The translations under genes and the position numbers were made by a program. A stretch of DNA of 63,149 bases, filler included, from Octopus bimaculoides (lineage: Eukaryota), in assembly GCF_001194135.2 (NCBI RefSeq). It is 5 parts of 5 records of this genome, joined end to end, with 100 filler letters (N's around TTAATTAATTAA, not from the genome) between each part and the next. Parts side by side here need not be neighbours in the genome. Positions count along the whole stretch, not along the records: positions 37,576 to 60,809 come from NC_068990.1; 4 more parts are not named here. One strand, given 5' to 3'. Below, in pieces: positions 39,277 through 52,671 of the stretch. Position 1 is the stretch's first letter. Every line of letters starts with the position of its first letter. A model generated the notes under the pieces. The model saw nothing but the letters and a program-made list of their open reading frames with translations. It had not been told where the DNA came from and made no database searches.

Positions 39277-39489
39277 TAAAGCAGATAAACTCAAGTAAGC
39301 TTAATGCATATACTGACATGGAGTACAGAGTACAGAAATACAGTAAAGGAAAAGAATGTGTTTACTTTACTTCTTTGTCCTGTACTCTTTATTTTGTATT
39401 TCTTCTGTTTGTTTTTTTTGTTTTTTTGCATTCCATGTAATTATATATGTATTATTGCAATGAAAGATCCAAGCAGGGAATATCATTAC

Positions 39490-39720
39490 GAGAACGCATT
39501 CAAAATGAGATAATTTGAGAATGGAGCAGAGTGAACAATGTGATTGCAGAGTACCAAAAGCACAAGTTCCACAGGGCCAGACATATTGCAAGGTTCACAG
39601 ACAACAGGTGGTCCTGTGTAATTGCTGAGAGGTATGCAAGGTGTCAGAAAATGCCATTTGAAAGACCTCCATGATGATGGAAAGACAATTTAGTTAAGCA
39701 ATTTGGGTCAATATGGAAAT
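39490..39720 (+). mobile_element. Decayed RTE LINE 3' fragment
   Basis: Remnant of the VNDVIAEYQ..KFH(W)AGHIARFTDNRW motif; related copies at about 56130-56330 and 60000-60290. Confidence 0.7.
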
Positions 39721-40010
39721 GAATGGCACAATCAAGACATAATTGGAACTGCATTCTGTTATACAGTGGTGTATAACAGCATCAGATGGTCTGGCCGATA
39801 CTGTGACACTGTGATATATGTATTAAGCCAACTTGTGTTTATTAATCTTTCTACTTCCATACCATCTCAATGAGGCTTGTTCTTATAGCTAACTTTTGAC
39901 ATTGGGGGTACCAGCTCTCTCTGGATGTAGGAGTTGGATTTAAAGTTCTCATCTATCATCTATCTGTATATCATGCTTGCTCTGTGTTCTGCCACATTGT
40001 GTGTGTGTGT

Positions 40011-40125
<115 letters not shown>

Positions 40126-40699
40126 TATGTAGCTTTGTCGTCATATCATTCAACAAACATAAATGATCCTCATTTTCATCCTCATTTTCAGTCTTCCATG
40201 AAAATATCTGGCCATAGGAAGATATTGGCTTGCTTAGAAACCAGCAAGAGTTGATGAGGGGGAGGGTATCTGGCAGCAGAAAATCTTCAATAAATCTCAT
40301 ATGACCCATGTAAGCATGGAAACGGAAATTTTATACATCATCGTTGTCATCACCATCATCATCATCATATATATACATAAGCACATTTACACACACATGT
40401 GTAATTGTGTGTGTTTGTAACTGTATGTGTGTGTTGGTGTATCCTTATACAGGGATCTCATGTAATTGTACATGTGTGTCATTATTATACAAGATGTCAT
40501 TTATTTTGAGTATTTTGCAAAAATATGTCTGATCATGGGACAATATAACTTTGGTTGCAAATAGAAGAGGGTTGGTAATGGGAAGGGCATCCTGCTGTAG
40601 AGAATTTGCTTCAATAATCTCCATGAAAAGTGAATGTTAAAATGATGATAGTCACACCCACCCACACAAACACACATACACATACACTTAGACTGTAAC

Positions 40700-40960
40700 C
40701 ACTTATAATATGAAAAAGTACTGGTGAAAACCTCAATTAAATGCAAAAATGATAGACCAGATATTGTGATTTGAGAGAAATTATGAAGAGAAATTATGTA
40801 TAGTAGCGGAAATCTGTTGTCCAGTGGATGTCAACATAAAGCTAAAGATCAATGAAAGAGAAAATACCTACGCTGAACTATTGAGAGATATACAGCTACT
40901 CCACCTAGATTACAATTTCAGATTCGTACAGGTGGGGAACTAGGATACATAAAAAAACTC
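40700..40960 (+). mobile_element. RLE endonuclease remnant (R4/Dong-like)
   Basis: KCKNDRPDIVI..EICCPVDVNIKLKINERENTYAELLRDIQLL. Confidence 0.7.
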
Positions 40961-42399
40961 AGCACCAATCTTCAGAAATTAATTTTATGAAAATCAGAAA
41001 AGAGAAGGCTAATTAGAAGACTACCGATACAAGCCATCAATAGAACTGTCAAAACATGTAGATCGTTCCAAGGTTTAGCATGTAAGTACATATGCATATG
41101 TCTAGACATACAGCTTATATGTATGAGTATACATAGATAAAATGAGACATATCTGACTCCAAATACTTGCACATATACACACAAACATGCACAAATATCA
41201 TGTATGATGTTGAAATTCTAAGGAAGGAGCCATGGCTCTAGGTTAGAAACTGACTATCTCCATTAGTAAGAAATCTAGAAATAAAACTAAATACTAATGA
41301 TTACATACATACAAGACAAATAGACAAGCCGGTATATCATTTTTATATTTCAGAAAGTGACACAGATACATATATCACTATATATATATCCTGCCTTTAC
41401 TCTATCACACTATTTTTCAATGTTGATATTGTTAAACTGAAAGTGTACTAGAGTCAGTGTGTAGTAGAGGGATTAATGTTTTTAGAAGACTTTTAAACCA
41501 TAACAGTACATACACTAACGTATGAACATCATATGTCTATACACATAGAAATATAGACACACACATACACAATTGTTAAAAATGTATATTCATTGTTCAC
41601 TTTTTCTCAGAGTGTTTGCACAAAGTAACTGATTAAAATATACTGACATACTTCTAGTCAGGAAGGGAGACAAGCTAACCACTACAGATACACATATAAC
41701 AAATAAACATTGATACTGACACAAATATTTGTATATATATTTATATATATATATATATGGGGAGAAAGAGAGATAGAGATATATACATATGATCAAGATT
41801 TTATAGTCCTAACATTCTATTCAGGTTTGGATGAAACATTAATCCAAGTAAGGTCTTAATTTTCATTGGGAAAATACAGAAGCAAGATACATTACAAACC
41901 TCAAGGAAGTTGTCAGTCGTCATGTTTTATAGTAATAAAAAACACTTTCCAATCCTAATGAAATACAAGTCATGAGATTCATGGAGTACTGCAGTTATTT
42001 CATATCAGCTGACATAGATAATAATGACTACAGAAGATCAAAAATCGCCTTTTTATCTCTTTGTTTGCACCCTGATCACTTATTCGCCCTTTGAAACAGG
42101 AAAAAAATGAAAGAAAGCTATGTCATAATTCATCAACCTGAATGAGGTGTGCAAGGGTAGGGGGTATGTTTCTATGAATAGAACACTGAAATGCGGAAAC
42201 AGAGTTAGTTACAAATCAAATTGGTTTCATAAATGTCTGACTAAATTCAATATCTGTTAGATTCAAATATTTTAAATTCAGATATTGTTTCTTATTTACT
42301 AATTTTTGTTTTCTAAAATGTTCTAACATATGTACACAGGCATGGCTATGTGGCTGGGAAGTTATCTTATCAACCATGTGGTATTGGGTTCAGTCCCAC

Positions 42400-42735
42400 G
42401 GCACAGCACCTTGATTGAGTATGTAGCTGAACATGTATCTTGGGTACTGGATTTGCAATCTACTTATCAATGGTCCATAGATGTCTTCTTTCTCTTGTAT
42501 TTTTCTAACCACATTGGGGTTCAGAGGGCAGCTGATTTCCACAACAGAACATATCTTTTTCTTGTGGTTCCATTCAACAATATCTGGCCAGTTGTGTTTT
42601 AACCTGGTGGCTGTTTTAATTTTTAACTTCCACCAATATTCTTTTCTGCCATCAGTCTCAATATAGTCAACTTTATCTGTAGGTGTTTTCCTTTTTGTTA
42701 TCCTGTTCCAGACTGTTCTGGCCACTGCATCATGT
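42400..42735 (-). mobile_element. RLE endonuclease fragment (R4/Dong-like)
   Basis: HDAVARTVW..YWW..KHNWPDIVEWNHKKKICSVVEISCPLNPNVVRKIQEKEDIYGPLI, a PD..E type endonuclease. Confidence 0.8.
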
Positions 42736-44031
42736 ATGTGTGTGTGTGTATGCACCTGAGTGTATTGTGTGTGTTTATGTGTGTGTGTGTATGTATACGT
42801 GCTTGTGAGTGTGTGTGTGTTTCTTTGTACCCTTATCTTGACATGTGATTGTAACCGAAAATCACCATCATATAAACGATGTCATTTCTTTCTGATCTTC
42901 CTGTATAAAACATGTCTGATCATGGTAAAATATTACCTTGCATGGAAACAGGTAAGGGCTGAAAGGATGTTGAGCTATATAACATGCACTTCAATGAATT
43001 AGTAGATGTTAAACAATGATGATGAAGAGTGGTGGGGGCATGGCTTACTGGTTATGGTGTTGGGCGCATGATCATAAGATTGTGATTTCGATTCCTGGAC
43101 TGGGTGATTCATTCCGTTCTTGAGTGAAACACTTCATTTCACATTGTTCCAGTTCACTCAGTTGGCAAAAATGAGTATTCTTGCAATGGACTGGAGTTCC
43201 ATCGAGGGGAAGAATATATGGGGGAAATATATATATGCCACAAAAACTAGGAAACTGGTCCCATGAGTCTATATGACACAGAAAGGAGCTTTAATGATGA
43301 TGATAAGGAAGATGGTGAGAAGGAGGATGGTGAGGAGAAGGATGTTGCGAAGGAGGAGGAAGATAGTGAGAAGGAGGATAGTGAGGAGGATGAGGAGGAA
43401 GTTCATTCAGGTTAGTCATTTATGGGTAGATTCACATCAATTAAATAATTATAGAATATAAAATATTTTACCGTTTTTTTTTTTTTTCATTTCAGGTAGA
43501 TTAACTAAGCAGTATAAATGATTATTGCCTAACATTACAATGTGATTGCTTTGCTAGCTTCATGAATATATCCACACAATGTTGCATCTTTTTATACGCA
43601 GATGTAAAACGATGAGAACCAACTAGTGAACTTACTAAAAACAGCACAGAGTACTAAAAGGGATATCTGCATAAGAATAGAAGTAATGGAGAAATATGTA
43701 CAAACAGAGGAATATTTATAGAAACTGTAGTACAATAGCCCTTAACTGGATTTAAAAGACTGAATAATGATAATACTGATAGCAATACTACTACTTATAA
43801 TAATTATAACAATAATCCTTTCTATTATAGGCACAAGGCCTAAAATTTGTGGGGAGGAGACTAGTCTGTTACATTGACCCCTGTGTTTCACTGGTACTTA
43901 ATTTATCGACCCCAAAAGGATGAAAGGCAAAGTCAACCTCAGCAGAATTTGAACTCAGAATGTTGTGACTGGCAAAATGCCACTAAGCATTTTGCCTGGC
44001 ATGTTAATTCTGTCAGTTCGCTGCCTTAATG

Positions 44032-44070
<39 letters not shown>

Positions 44071-44496
44071 GTCTCAGATTTTTCCACAAGGACAGCAGTT
44101 TTGTGGGAGGGAATGAGTCAGTTACATCAACCCTGGTGTTCAACTGGTACTTATTTTATTGACCCCGAAAGGATGAAAAGCAAAGTCGACCTCAGTGGAA
44201 TTTGAACTCAGAACATAGCAACGGGCAAGATACCACTAAGTATTTTGTCCAGTGTGCTAACGATTCTGCCAGCTCGCTGCCTTAATAATCATAATCATAA
44301 TAATATAAATGATAATAATGATAATAATGTACTACCATAGTAAAATAATCTTTAATCACACAGTCAGAAATTAAAATAAAATTTACATATTTTATAAACA
44401 ACAATAAATCTCTGAGCGAGGTATAAACAGTAGCTATACGACATCATGAAGTATATTTCTTAGGAAGACATCTACTCCAGCTGGCTATTGACACAC

Positions 44497-44565
44497 TATC
44501 TGTGCCCTATCAGTATTTTCAAAGCGAAGTCATCTTTCTCATCTCCAGCAATAGTAGCATCAAAC
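44497..44565 (-). CDS. Candidate small coding exon
   Basis: CCTTAAG acceptor and ATA|GTGTGT donor; 69 nt, phase 2-2; FDATIAGDEKDDFALKILIGHR with coding-like GNN bias. A + strand exon reading (44464-44571) is also possible. Confidence 0.3.
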
Positions 44566-44807
44566 CTTAAGGGTTAGCCACATTTAGGTGGCAAATATAC
44601 TTCACGATACATATTTTATAATCATAGTTTAATAATTTTATATTCTATCCTAGTATATATTGTATAAAAACTCTTTTTTTACAATAAAAGCACATCTCCC
44701 ACCTATTAACCTGTCAAGTTGAGATTTTATTGTCTTAGGATAGAGAAAAATATTGAAATTAGGGAATTAGAACAAAAGCATGACTGTAAATACTATATGA
44801 GCTAGAG

Positions 44808-45092
44808 CAGTGCTCCTCAAACTATCTGATATGGTGTACCGGAAGTTTTTTTCCCCCAATGTGCCAGGGACCGGTAATATTTCTTCGTAATACTAATTTA
44901 TACTGGAAACATATATAATGAATATAATAAAAGTTGACAATTTTTTTATCTTATATTTATTTTGTAAACTAATAACACAATATTACATAAGCATTTTATA
45001 ATGCTTCTTTCTATTCTGGAAACTTGCAGTGTACCAGCAGCTGATGACTTGCGGACTGGCGCCAGTCCACAGATGACCACTGAGTAGCACTG
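44808..45092. mobile_element. hAT (Charlie-like) non-autonomous element
   Basis: TIRs CAGTGCTCCTCA / TGAGTAGCACTG and a perfect 8-bp TSD AGCTAGAG (44800-44807, 45093-45100). Confidence 0.9.
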
Positions 45093-46065
45093 AGCTAGAG
45101 GACTCTGTCAAGCTTCAATATATCTGTTTTGACATAGTTTCTGTGGCTGGATGCCCTACTAATGCCAACCACTTTACAGAGTGTACAAGGTGCTTTTTTA
45201 GTGGCACTAACACAAATGAGTGAGGTCACAAAGTGATTCACATGGCATAAATTCTACTCATTTCAGTGAGGATGTTGTATCGAAGGAGAGAGCATTATAC
45301 CAGGTGTTTCACCTTCACTGTAGAAGAGATAAATGACTACCCCAGATGGAAAGAGAGGAAAAAGAGAAAAGGTGGTGATAAGTTGTCAGGGTGTACCTTC
45401 AAAGTATGAGAAGGCGAATGTAAGAGAGAAGAAAGACAGAGGACTGAAAAGGGTGTGTGGTGTAATCATTTTACTGCATTTCACTTGTTGGGTCCCTCCT
45501 TTACCAAGCAGACCATCAGTGTGAAGGACAACGTTTTTGGTGATGAAACACATTTATACATACATATAGATATATGTGTATGTGTGTGTGTGCATGTACA
45601 TGATCATCGTTTAACATCCGCCTTCCATGCTGGCATGGGTTGGACAGTTTGACAGGAGCTGACCAGGCAGAAGACTACACCAGGCTTCTACATCTGTTTT
45701 GGCATGGTTTTTATACAGCTGGATACCCTTCCTAAGTCCAACCACACCGCAGAGAGGACTGAGTACTTTTTATGTGGCATAAGCACAGGTAAGGTCAGTT
45801 TTGGCATGGTTTTTATAGCTAGATGCCCTTCCAAATGCCAACCACTTCACAGTGTGGACGGGATGCTTTTTACATGACATCAGCACCAGCAAGGTCACCA
45901 AGTAACTTGTAAGATAAGGAATCTTTGAGAGGGGAGGGGGCATTGGAGGAGGCGATTTTGTGTCAGATGATGAATTATTGAAAATGACACATTACTTTGG
46001 GTATGTATTATCACACTGAGTGAAATGACAAGAGGATCTAACACAGGACTTTTCTAAACAATTAC

Positions 46066-46117
46066 CTGAGGAAGTGCAATTTATATCTTGGATGTATGAT
46101 AAGGATTTACACAACAC
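46066..46117 (-). CDS. Candidate small coding exon
   Basis: TTTTGCAACTTAG acceptor and CAG|GTAATT donor; 52 nt; only open frame VLCKSLSYIQDINCTSS. Confidence 0.3.
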
Positions 46118-46811
46118 CTAAGTTGCAAAATGTGTTAAAACAGTTGTAGTGATTTCAAATAAACAATGCTGTTCATTCCATTTTCTTTCTTTAAACAGAA
46201 CAAGAAGAGACATGTGAGATGGAGAGTCACTGAAGAGATCACAGGACACATGATGAAAGATTTCAGACAAAGGACATTAAAATAAGGATAATAATAAGAA
46301 TAAAGCTAAAGTGAAGAACGAGTACATAGTGCATGTTGTTATTTGGCAAAAAAAAAAAGAAACCATCCTGAAATATAATATCTGTTTCAACACATGATTT
46401 CACATCAGGAGTCTTGCAAAACAAATACCTAAATGTAATATTTATTCATATTTATATGACCAACTTCTTGGAATAAAGAACTCAAAGATATGGTTAAGAG
46501 TAAATAAAATATTCAATCCATAGTCATTAGTATGACAAAATATATTTTGTTGGACTAATGGTTATGGATTATATATTTTATATATATATATTTTATATAT
46601 ATATATTTGAAGAAAAGCAACAAAAATGTATTAGGTTATAGCAGTACGTACGTTTCGTACAAACTTCATTTATTTATGTAGTGAGAACACCACATAAGAT
46701 GTGCAATGAAAATGTACTCCTCAGCTGCATAGTGGAAGCTCATTTCAATCTTTTGATTGAATCTATATTATTATTTTATATATGAACATATATTTGTACA
46801 TTAAGTGTGCG

Positions 46812-46879
46812 TTTAGAACAAAACATCAAATGGTTCTTAGATTATTTAATCTAAGAACCATTTGATGTTTTGTTCTAAA
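46812..46879. repeat. Perfect 68-bp palindrome (33-bp arms, 2-nt loop)
   Basis: TTTAGAACAAAACATCAAATGGTTCTTAGATTA-TT-TAATCTAAGAACCATTTGATGTTTTGTTCTAAA. Confidence 0.95.
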
Positions 46880-47384
46880 GAAGCAGTTTTAATTTAAGTA
46901 CAATTTAAAGCAAAAACTTTTGTATTTAAGAGCCAAGGGCTGACTCAAACAGGTTGGTATCAAAAGAGTTAACTTATTAGAAGTAGCAGTCAAATTTCCA
47001 TCAGATTACATTCTACTGTCCTATATGAAACTAAATACACGTTAGATAATGTAATTCTTGATATACAAAATGATAGGATAATTACAGCTAAATTGCTTTT
47101 GATAATAGGTCTGTTCAATCAGAGTTAATGAGGAGGGTGGTGATCTGACAACAGCAGCAACATTATCATGATAGATATCTGCACAAGAAATTATATTAAC
47201 ATCACACAATTGGTACAGAAAATAGATAATGGAAACATACATGATACAACATAGTGGTAAAATCATTGCATAAATAATACTCAGGAACTTGTCTGTACAC
47301 ACTGATAAAGTAAAAGTTTGCTAAAAGAAGTTTAAATTCTAGTAGATGGAAAGTAAAATAAAATCTATTTATAAACAGACATGG

Positions 47385-48115
47385 AATACCCGTCAGAGTG
47401 TAAGTATCTTGAGAGAAAAGCTGAACATTAGAAGCATCAGTTGTGGCGTGCAAGAGAGACGATTGCGCTGGTATGGACATGTGGTGAGAATGGAGGAGGA
47501 TAGCTGCGTGAAAAAGTGCCACACCCTAACANNNNNNNNNNNNNNNNNNNNNNNNNNNNNNNNNNNNNNNNNNNNNNNNNNNNNNNNNNNNNNNNNNNNN
47601 NNNNNNNNNNNNNNNNNNNNNNNNNNNNNNNNNNNNNNNNNNNNNNNNNNNNNNNNNNNNNNNNNNNNNNNNNNNNNNNNNNNNNNNNNNNNNNNNNNNN
47701 NNNNNNNNNNNNNNNNNNNNNNNNNNNNNNNNNNNNNNNNNNNNNNNNNNNNNNNNNNNNNNNNNNNNNNNNNNNNNNNNNNNNNNNNNNNNNNNNNNNN
47801 NNNNNNNNNNNNNNNNNNNNNNNNNNNNNNNNNNNNNNNNNNNNNNNNNNNNNNNNNNNNNNNNNNNNNNNNTGTGCGGGTGGCACATAAAAGACACCAT
47901 TTCGAGCGTGGCCGTTTTTGTGCGGGTGACACGTAAAAGCACCCACTACACTCTCTGAGTGGTTGGCGTTAGGAAGGGCATCCAGCTGTAGAAACTCTGC
48001 CAAATCAGACTGGAGCCTGGTGTTGCCATCCGGTTTCACCAGTCCTCAGTCAAATCGTCCAACCCATGCTAGCATGGAAAGCGGACGTTAAACGATGATG
48101 ATGATGATGATGATG
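47385..48115 (+). mobile_element. RTE-type LINE 3' end with (GAT)n tail (gap inside)
   Basis: LREKLNIRSISCGVQERRLRWYGHVVRMEEDSCVKKC, then the GGAAGGGCATCCAGCTGTAGAAAC...GGACGTTAAACGATGATG tail shared with copies at about 38140-38420, 39058-39200, 45600-45970, 51660-51930 and 54530-54860. Confidence 0.8.
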
Positions 48116-50043
48116 GTACAAGTATACAAAGCAGAACTGTTAGGTACTGCATATATATTACTCAGAATACTAGTAATAGTAAGATTAAAGGCATACATGT
48201 ATTATGTATGCATGTGTGTGAGTGTATGTGTGTATATATAATAAATATATATGTATGTGTATATAATTGTGTATGTATGTATGTGTGAATATCTATATAG
48301 CTATATCCACACACACAGTTATGTAAATATGACAGGCTTCTTTTAGCTTCCGTCTACTAATTCCACTCACAACACTTTGGTTGGCCCGGGGCTATGGTAG
48401 AAGACACTTGCCCCAAGAGGCCATGTGGTGGGACTGAACCTGAGAGCACATGGTTAGAAGCAAGTTTCTCAACCACAGAAATTGCAAAACATTTAGTTCA
48501 GTGCCTGCCAACATCAATAAATATGTAATCTGCGTTTAACTATGTGACTGATATTCATGTAGAAAGCAGCAAACTGGCAGAATCATACAGCAAAACAAAA
48601 ATCTGTTTTTCTGGCTGTTTACATTCTAAATTCAAATCCTACCAAAGTCAACTTTGTCACTCATAGTTTCGAAGCCTATAAAATAAAGTACTAGTTAAGT
48701 ACTGGGATTGATGTTATCGGTTTAACTTCCCCAAGATTACTGGTTGTGTGCTTAAATAAAAAACAATTATATATACTTGGTGTGTGGCTTTAAGTTTTGT
48801 TATGGAAGTCTGAAGACAGTTTGAGAAGAATGAAGATGATGACATCTGCACATAAGCATAAGTTGTTAGAAGTGGTAGTGAACAGGTCGTTGATTTCAAG
48901 GAAATGCAATATTACTGAACTTGATGTACACCCAAATTGACAGGTATCAAAGTGCTGCGATAGAGCAATATTAGAGGAAGCTTCCTATCCTAGCAATGAT
49001 GGATGAGTAGAGCATATAACTAAGCAATTTTACCAGAAGATTCTTAAGCATGATATGGTTAAAGGTATTCTTAATGTCAAGGACAATAACTTTGCTTTTA
49101 TTGGAGTTCACAAAGACAAAAGGTTATGAGTACAATGTAAGAAAGATGACCTTTACTGGATCTATCTTGCAAAAATCACAATGATAGGCACAACAAAGAA
49201 CAAATGTATTATATTCCAATGTACTTTAAAGTCTAGATTCAATGAGAAAATATATTCACCTCAATTCTATGAATGTCTTTTATCTTCTGCTTGTTTCAGT
49301 TATAAGACTGTGGACATGCTGGGGCACTGCCTTGAAGAATTTTGTAGTTGAATGAATAGGCCCCAGTGCTAATTTTTTTAAGCTTGGTACTTATTCTATT
49401 GAAATCTTTTGCAGAATGACTAAATTACAGGAATGTAAACACACCAACACTGGTTGTCAAGTGGTGGTGGTGGGGACAAACACAGACACACACATGTATA
49501 TATAAATGTATGTGTATTTTTTCAATGTGTGCAAATAACACAAAAAAAAATATATAAATAGTTACTAGGGTAGCAAAAATTCACATAAGTGCCAAGGATG
49601 TTACAGCCTACTTATAAAGGTAGANNNNNNNNNNNNNNNNNNNNNNNNNNNNNNNNNNNNNNNNNNNNNNNNNNNNNNNNNNNNNNNNNNNNNNNNNNNN
49701 NNNNNNNNNNNNNNNNNNNNNNNNNNNNNNNNNNNNNNNNNNNNNNNNNNNNNNNNNNNNNNNNNNNNNNNNNNNNNNNNNNNNNNNNNNNNNNNNNNNN
49801 NNNNNNNNNNNNNNNNNNNNNNNNNNNNNNNNNNNNNNNNNNNNNNNNNNNNNNNNNNNNNNNNNNNNNNNNNNNNNNNNNNNNNNNNNNNNNNNNNNNN
49901 NNNNNNNNNNNNNNNNNNNNNNNNNNNNNNNNNNNNNNNNNNNNNNNNNNTATTAAATCTTAGGGAATAATAAGTATTCCAGGTTATCAGGACATTTACT
50001 ATTTTACACTTTGCTAATGCAATATAAACAGTATCATTTATAA

Positions 50044-50435
50044 TATTATTACAAATTTGGGATTTTACCAATAGAACCACAACTCCTATTTCAGGATAAC
50101 CTTATTGTATGAAATACACATAGAAAGTTATATCCAATAAAATAATATAAGCATTTAAAAAAAAAACCTACTATAAAATAACATTAAATTATTTGAAAAA
50201 ATTTATATAACTTACCCGTTATTAGTCTTCTTTCCCCACAGACTAATAACAGGTAAGTTATATAGATTTTTTCAAATATTTTTTCAAATATTTTTTCAAA
50301 TAATTTTATAGTAGGTTTTTGTAAATGCTTATATTATTTTATTGGATATAACTTTCTATGTGTATTCCATATAGTAAGGTTATCCTGAAATAAGAGTTGC
50401 AGTTCTATTCGTAAAATCCCAAATTTGTAATAATA
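50044..50435. repeat. 392-bp near-perfect hairpin (MITE/fold-back-like), 13-nt loop
   Basis: Arms 50044-50227 and 50241-50435 are reverse complements with scattered substitutions and a small duplication. Confidence 0.9.
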
Positions 50436-50656
50436 CTATACATACTCATAACCTTTTGTCTTTGTGAACTCCAATAAAAGCAATGTCGAGTATAACCAGC
50501 TGAAGTTGCAAAGATAATCTGGAACTCGACTGAGGAAAGAAAACTCTGAATGACCNNNNNNNNNNNNNNNNNNNNNNNNNNNNNNNNNNNNNNNNNNNNN
50601 NNNNNNNNNNNNNNNNNNNNNNNNNNNNNNNNNNNNNNNNNNNNNNNNNNNNNNNT

Positions 50657-50905
50657 GAAAAGGAAGCACACTCTAAAGCATAAAGCAGTAATGTGTTTAT
50701 GTCCAATCATAGAGTGACCAATGGTTTCACATCCATAAATGGCTTAGCCACATGAACGACTCATCAGACTCTAAATCTAAATGCCATATAGTCCTTTGGT
50801 TTTAGAGTTTGGATGTGAACCCACTGGTCACTCTATGAGTGGACATATACTTAACTGCATATAAATACATTACTGCTCTATGCTTTAAATTGTGCTTCTT
50901 TTTCG
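50657..50905. mobile_element. MITE-like element with about 80-bp imperfect TIRs
   Basis: AAGCAC..AAGCATAAAGCAGTAATGT..CATAGAGTGACCA..TTCACATCCA is mirrored at about 50808-50905; extra partial right arm at about 50970-51020. Confidence 0.7.
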
Positions 50906-50939
50906 AATATATGATACACTGATGATCAATATGTGCGTG

Positions 50940-50973
<34 letters not shown>

Positions 50974-51040
50974 ATTGGTCACTCTATGACCAGACATATA
51001 CTTAGCTGCATATAAATTTATAAACACACACACACACACG

Positions 51041-51085
<45 letters not shown>

Positions 51086-52202
51086 GGCTTCTTTCAGTTT
51101 CTGACTACCAAATCCACTCACAAGGCTTTGGTTGGCCTGCGGCTATAGTAGAAGACACTCGCCCAAGGTGCCTTGCAGTGGGGCTGAACACAGAACCATG
51201 TGGTTGAGAAGTAAGCTTCTTACCACACAGCCACACCTGTTTCTATAAATATATTTGAAAATTATAAATTGAGAAAATGGGGTCTCATCACTCAGGTGAC
51301 ACAAAATGACTAAAAATAGCAGTTGCAAATGAAAATGAACTGCCCTTAAGGCAAATAGAGAAAATAAGCAGTAAAGTGGGATGACATAGATTCTTAATTA
51401 CAGTCAAAAGTTGCGTAAATTAGATGCTTTCTCTTATTATCTAAGGTATGAATACTAGCTGTTGTGTTTAGAATTCCTGACTAGCTGTTGTCCATCTTGG
51501 GTATGATTAGATCAGATTTGACATGTAACATATATTGACATATGACACAAGCAAAGGGTTGAAATGAAGGCATACAGATAAAAAGAACCAGAAATATTAG
51601 TCTGAAAATTCTAAAATTATTTTGTATGTGTGTGCATGTGACAGATTTAAGATGCATTATTATCATCATCATCATTTAACATGTTTTCCATGCCAGCATG
51701 GGTTAGACGGTTTGACTGAAGCTGGTAACCTGAAGAGCTGGACTAGGTTCCAGTTGTCTGTTTTGGTTTTGTTTCTACAGCTGGATGCCCTTCCTAGCCC
51801 AAACCACTTTACAGAGTATACTGGGTGTCTTTTACAGGTCACTTGCATGGATGCCCTTTTATGTGTCCCTGGCAAGGGTGCCGTTTATGTGTCACTTTTT
51901 ACATGTTACCAACACAGGTGCATTTATATGTCACTGGCATGGTTGTATTATGTATGTGTGTATATATATATATGAGTGTGTTTGTGTATATCTTTGTATC
52001 TTTATTTGTTTCACCCATCCAACTGCAACCATGGTGGGGCAGCACCTACATTGAAGGGTTTAGTCAAACAGATTGACTGTAGTACTTATTTTTAAGCCTG
52101 ATACTTATTCTATCAGTCACTTTTTACTGAACCACTAAGTTAGGGGAATGTATATAAATCAGTATTGGTTGTCAAGTAATGGTTGGGGACAAACCCAGAT
52201 AT

Positions 52203-52240
<38 letters not shown>

Positions 52241-52339
52241 AATTATTTGAACTTTGGGTATATGTCTAGTAGCATGCAGAATTTAGGCTACCTGATGTCA
52301 TCCATGGTTATGATATAACTATTACTGGATCTATGTCAT

Positions 52340-52625
52340 AAATGGAAAATGGAGTTAGCAAGAATCTTTATTCAATGAAATGATTATTTCTATACATCCT
52401 GCATCTGTCCCTTATAGATGGGATATTGTACAGCTAGTTGTGTTGCATTTATCTTTGAAGGCTGCATCTCATGAGGTGTCATATTTTAAATGACAAGATG
52501 CAACCTGCAAAGATGGATGCAACACAACTAGATGTGCAATATCCCACTTGTAAGGGACAGATGCAGGATGCACCAAAACGATTGTTGTGTTGAATGAAGA
52601 TTCTTGCTAACTCCATTTTCCATTT
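52340..52625. repeat. About 286-bp imperfect hairpin (MITE-like)
   Basis: AAATGGAAAATGGAGTTAGCAAGAATCTT ... AAGATTCTTGCTAACTCCATTTTCCATTT; pairing continues through CATCCTGCATCTGTCCCTTA / TAAGGGACAGATGCAGGATG. Confidence 0.9.
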
Positions 52626-52634
52626 TCCTCATTC

Positions 52635-52665
<31 letters not shown>

Positions 52666-52671
<6 letters not shown>

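Noticed and set aside
43273-43461. Arg-rich protamine-like ORF (RRRMVRRR...)
   Set aside because: Derived from a degenerate (AGG/GAT) repeat next to a SINE.
46199-46305. Possible + strand terminal exon (strong acceptor, AATAAA downstream)
   Set aside because: Short frames, no linked upstream exon and no homology.
50453-50499. HKD string suggesting phospholipase D
   Set aside because: PLD requires HxKxxxxD; the spacing here does not fit.
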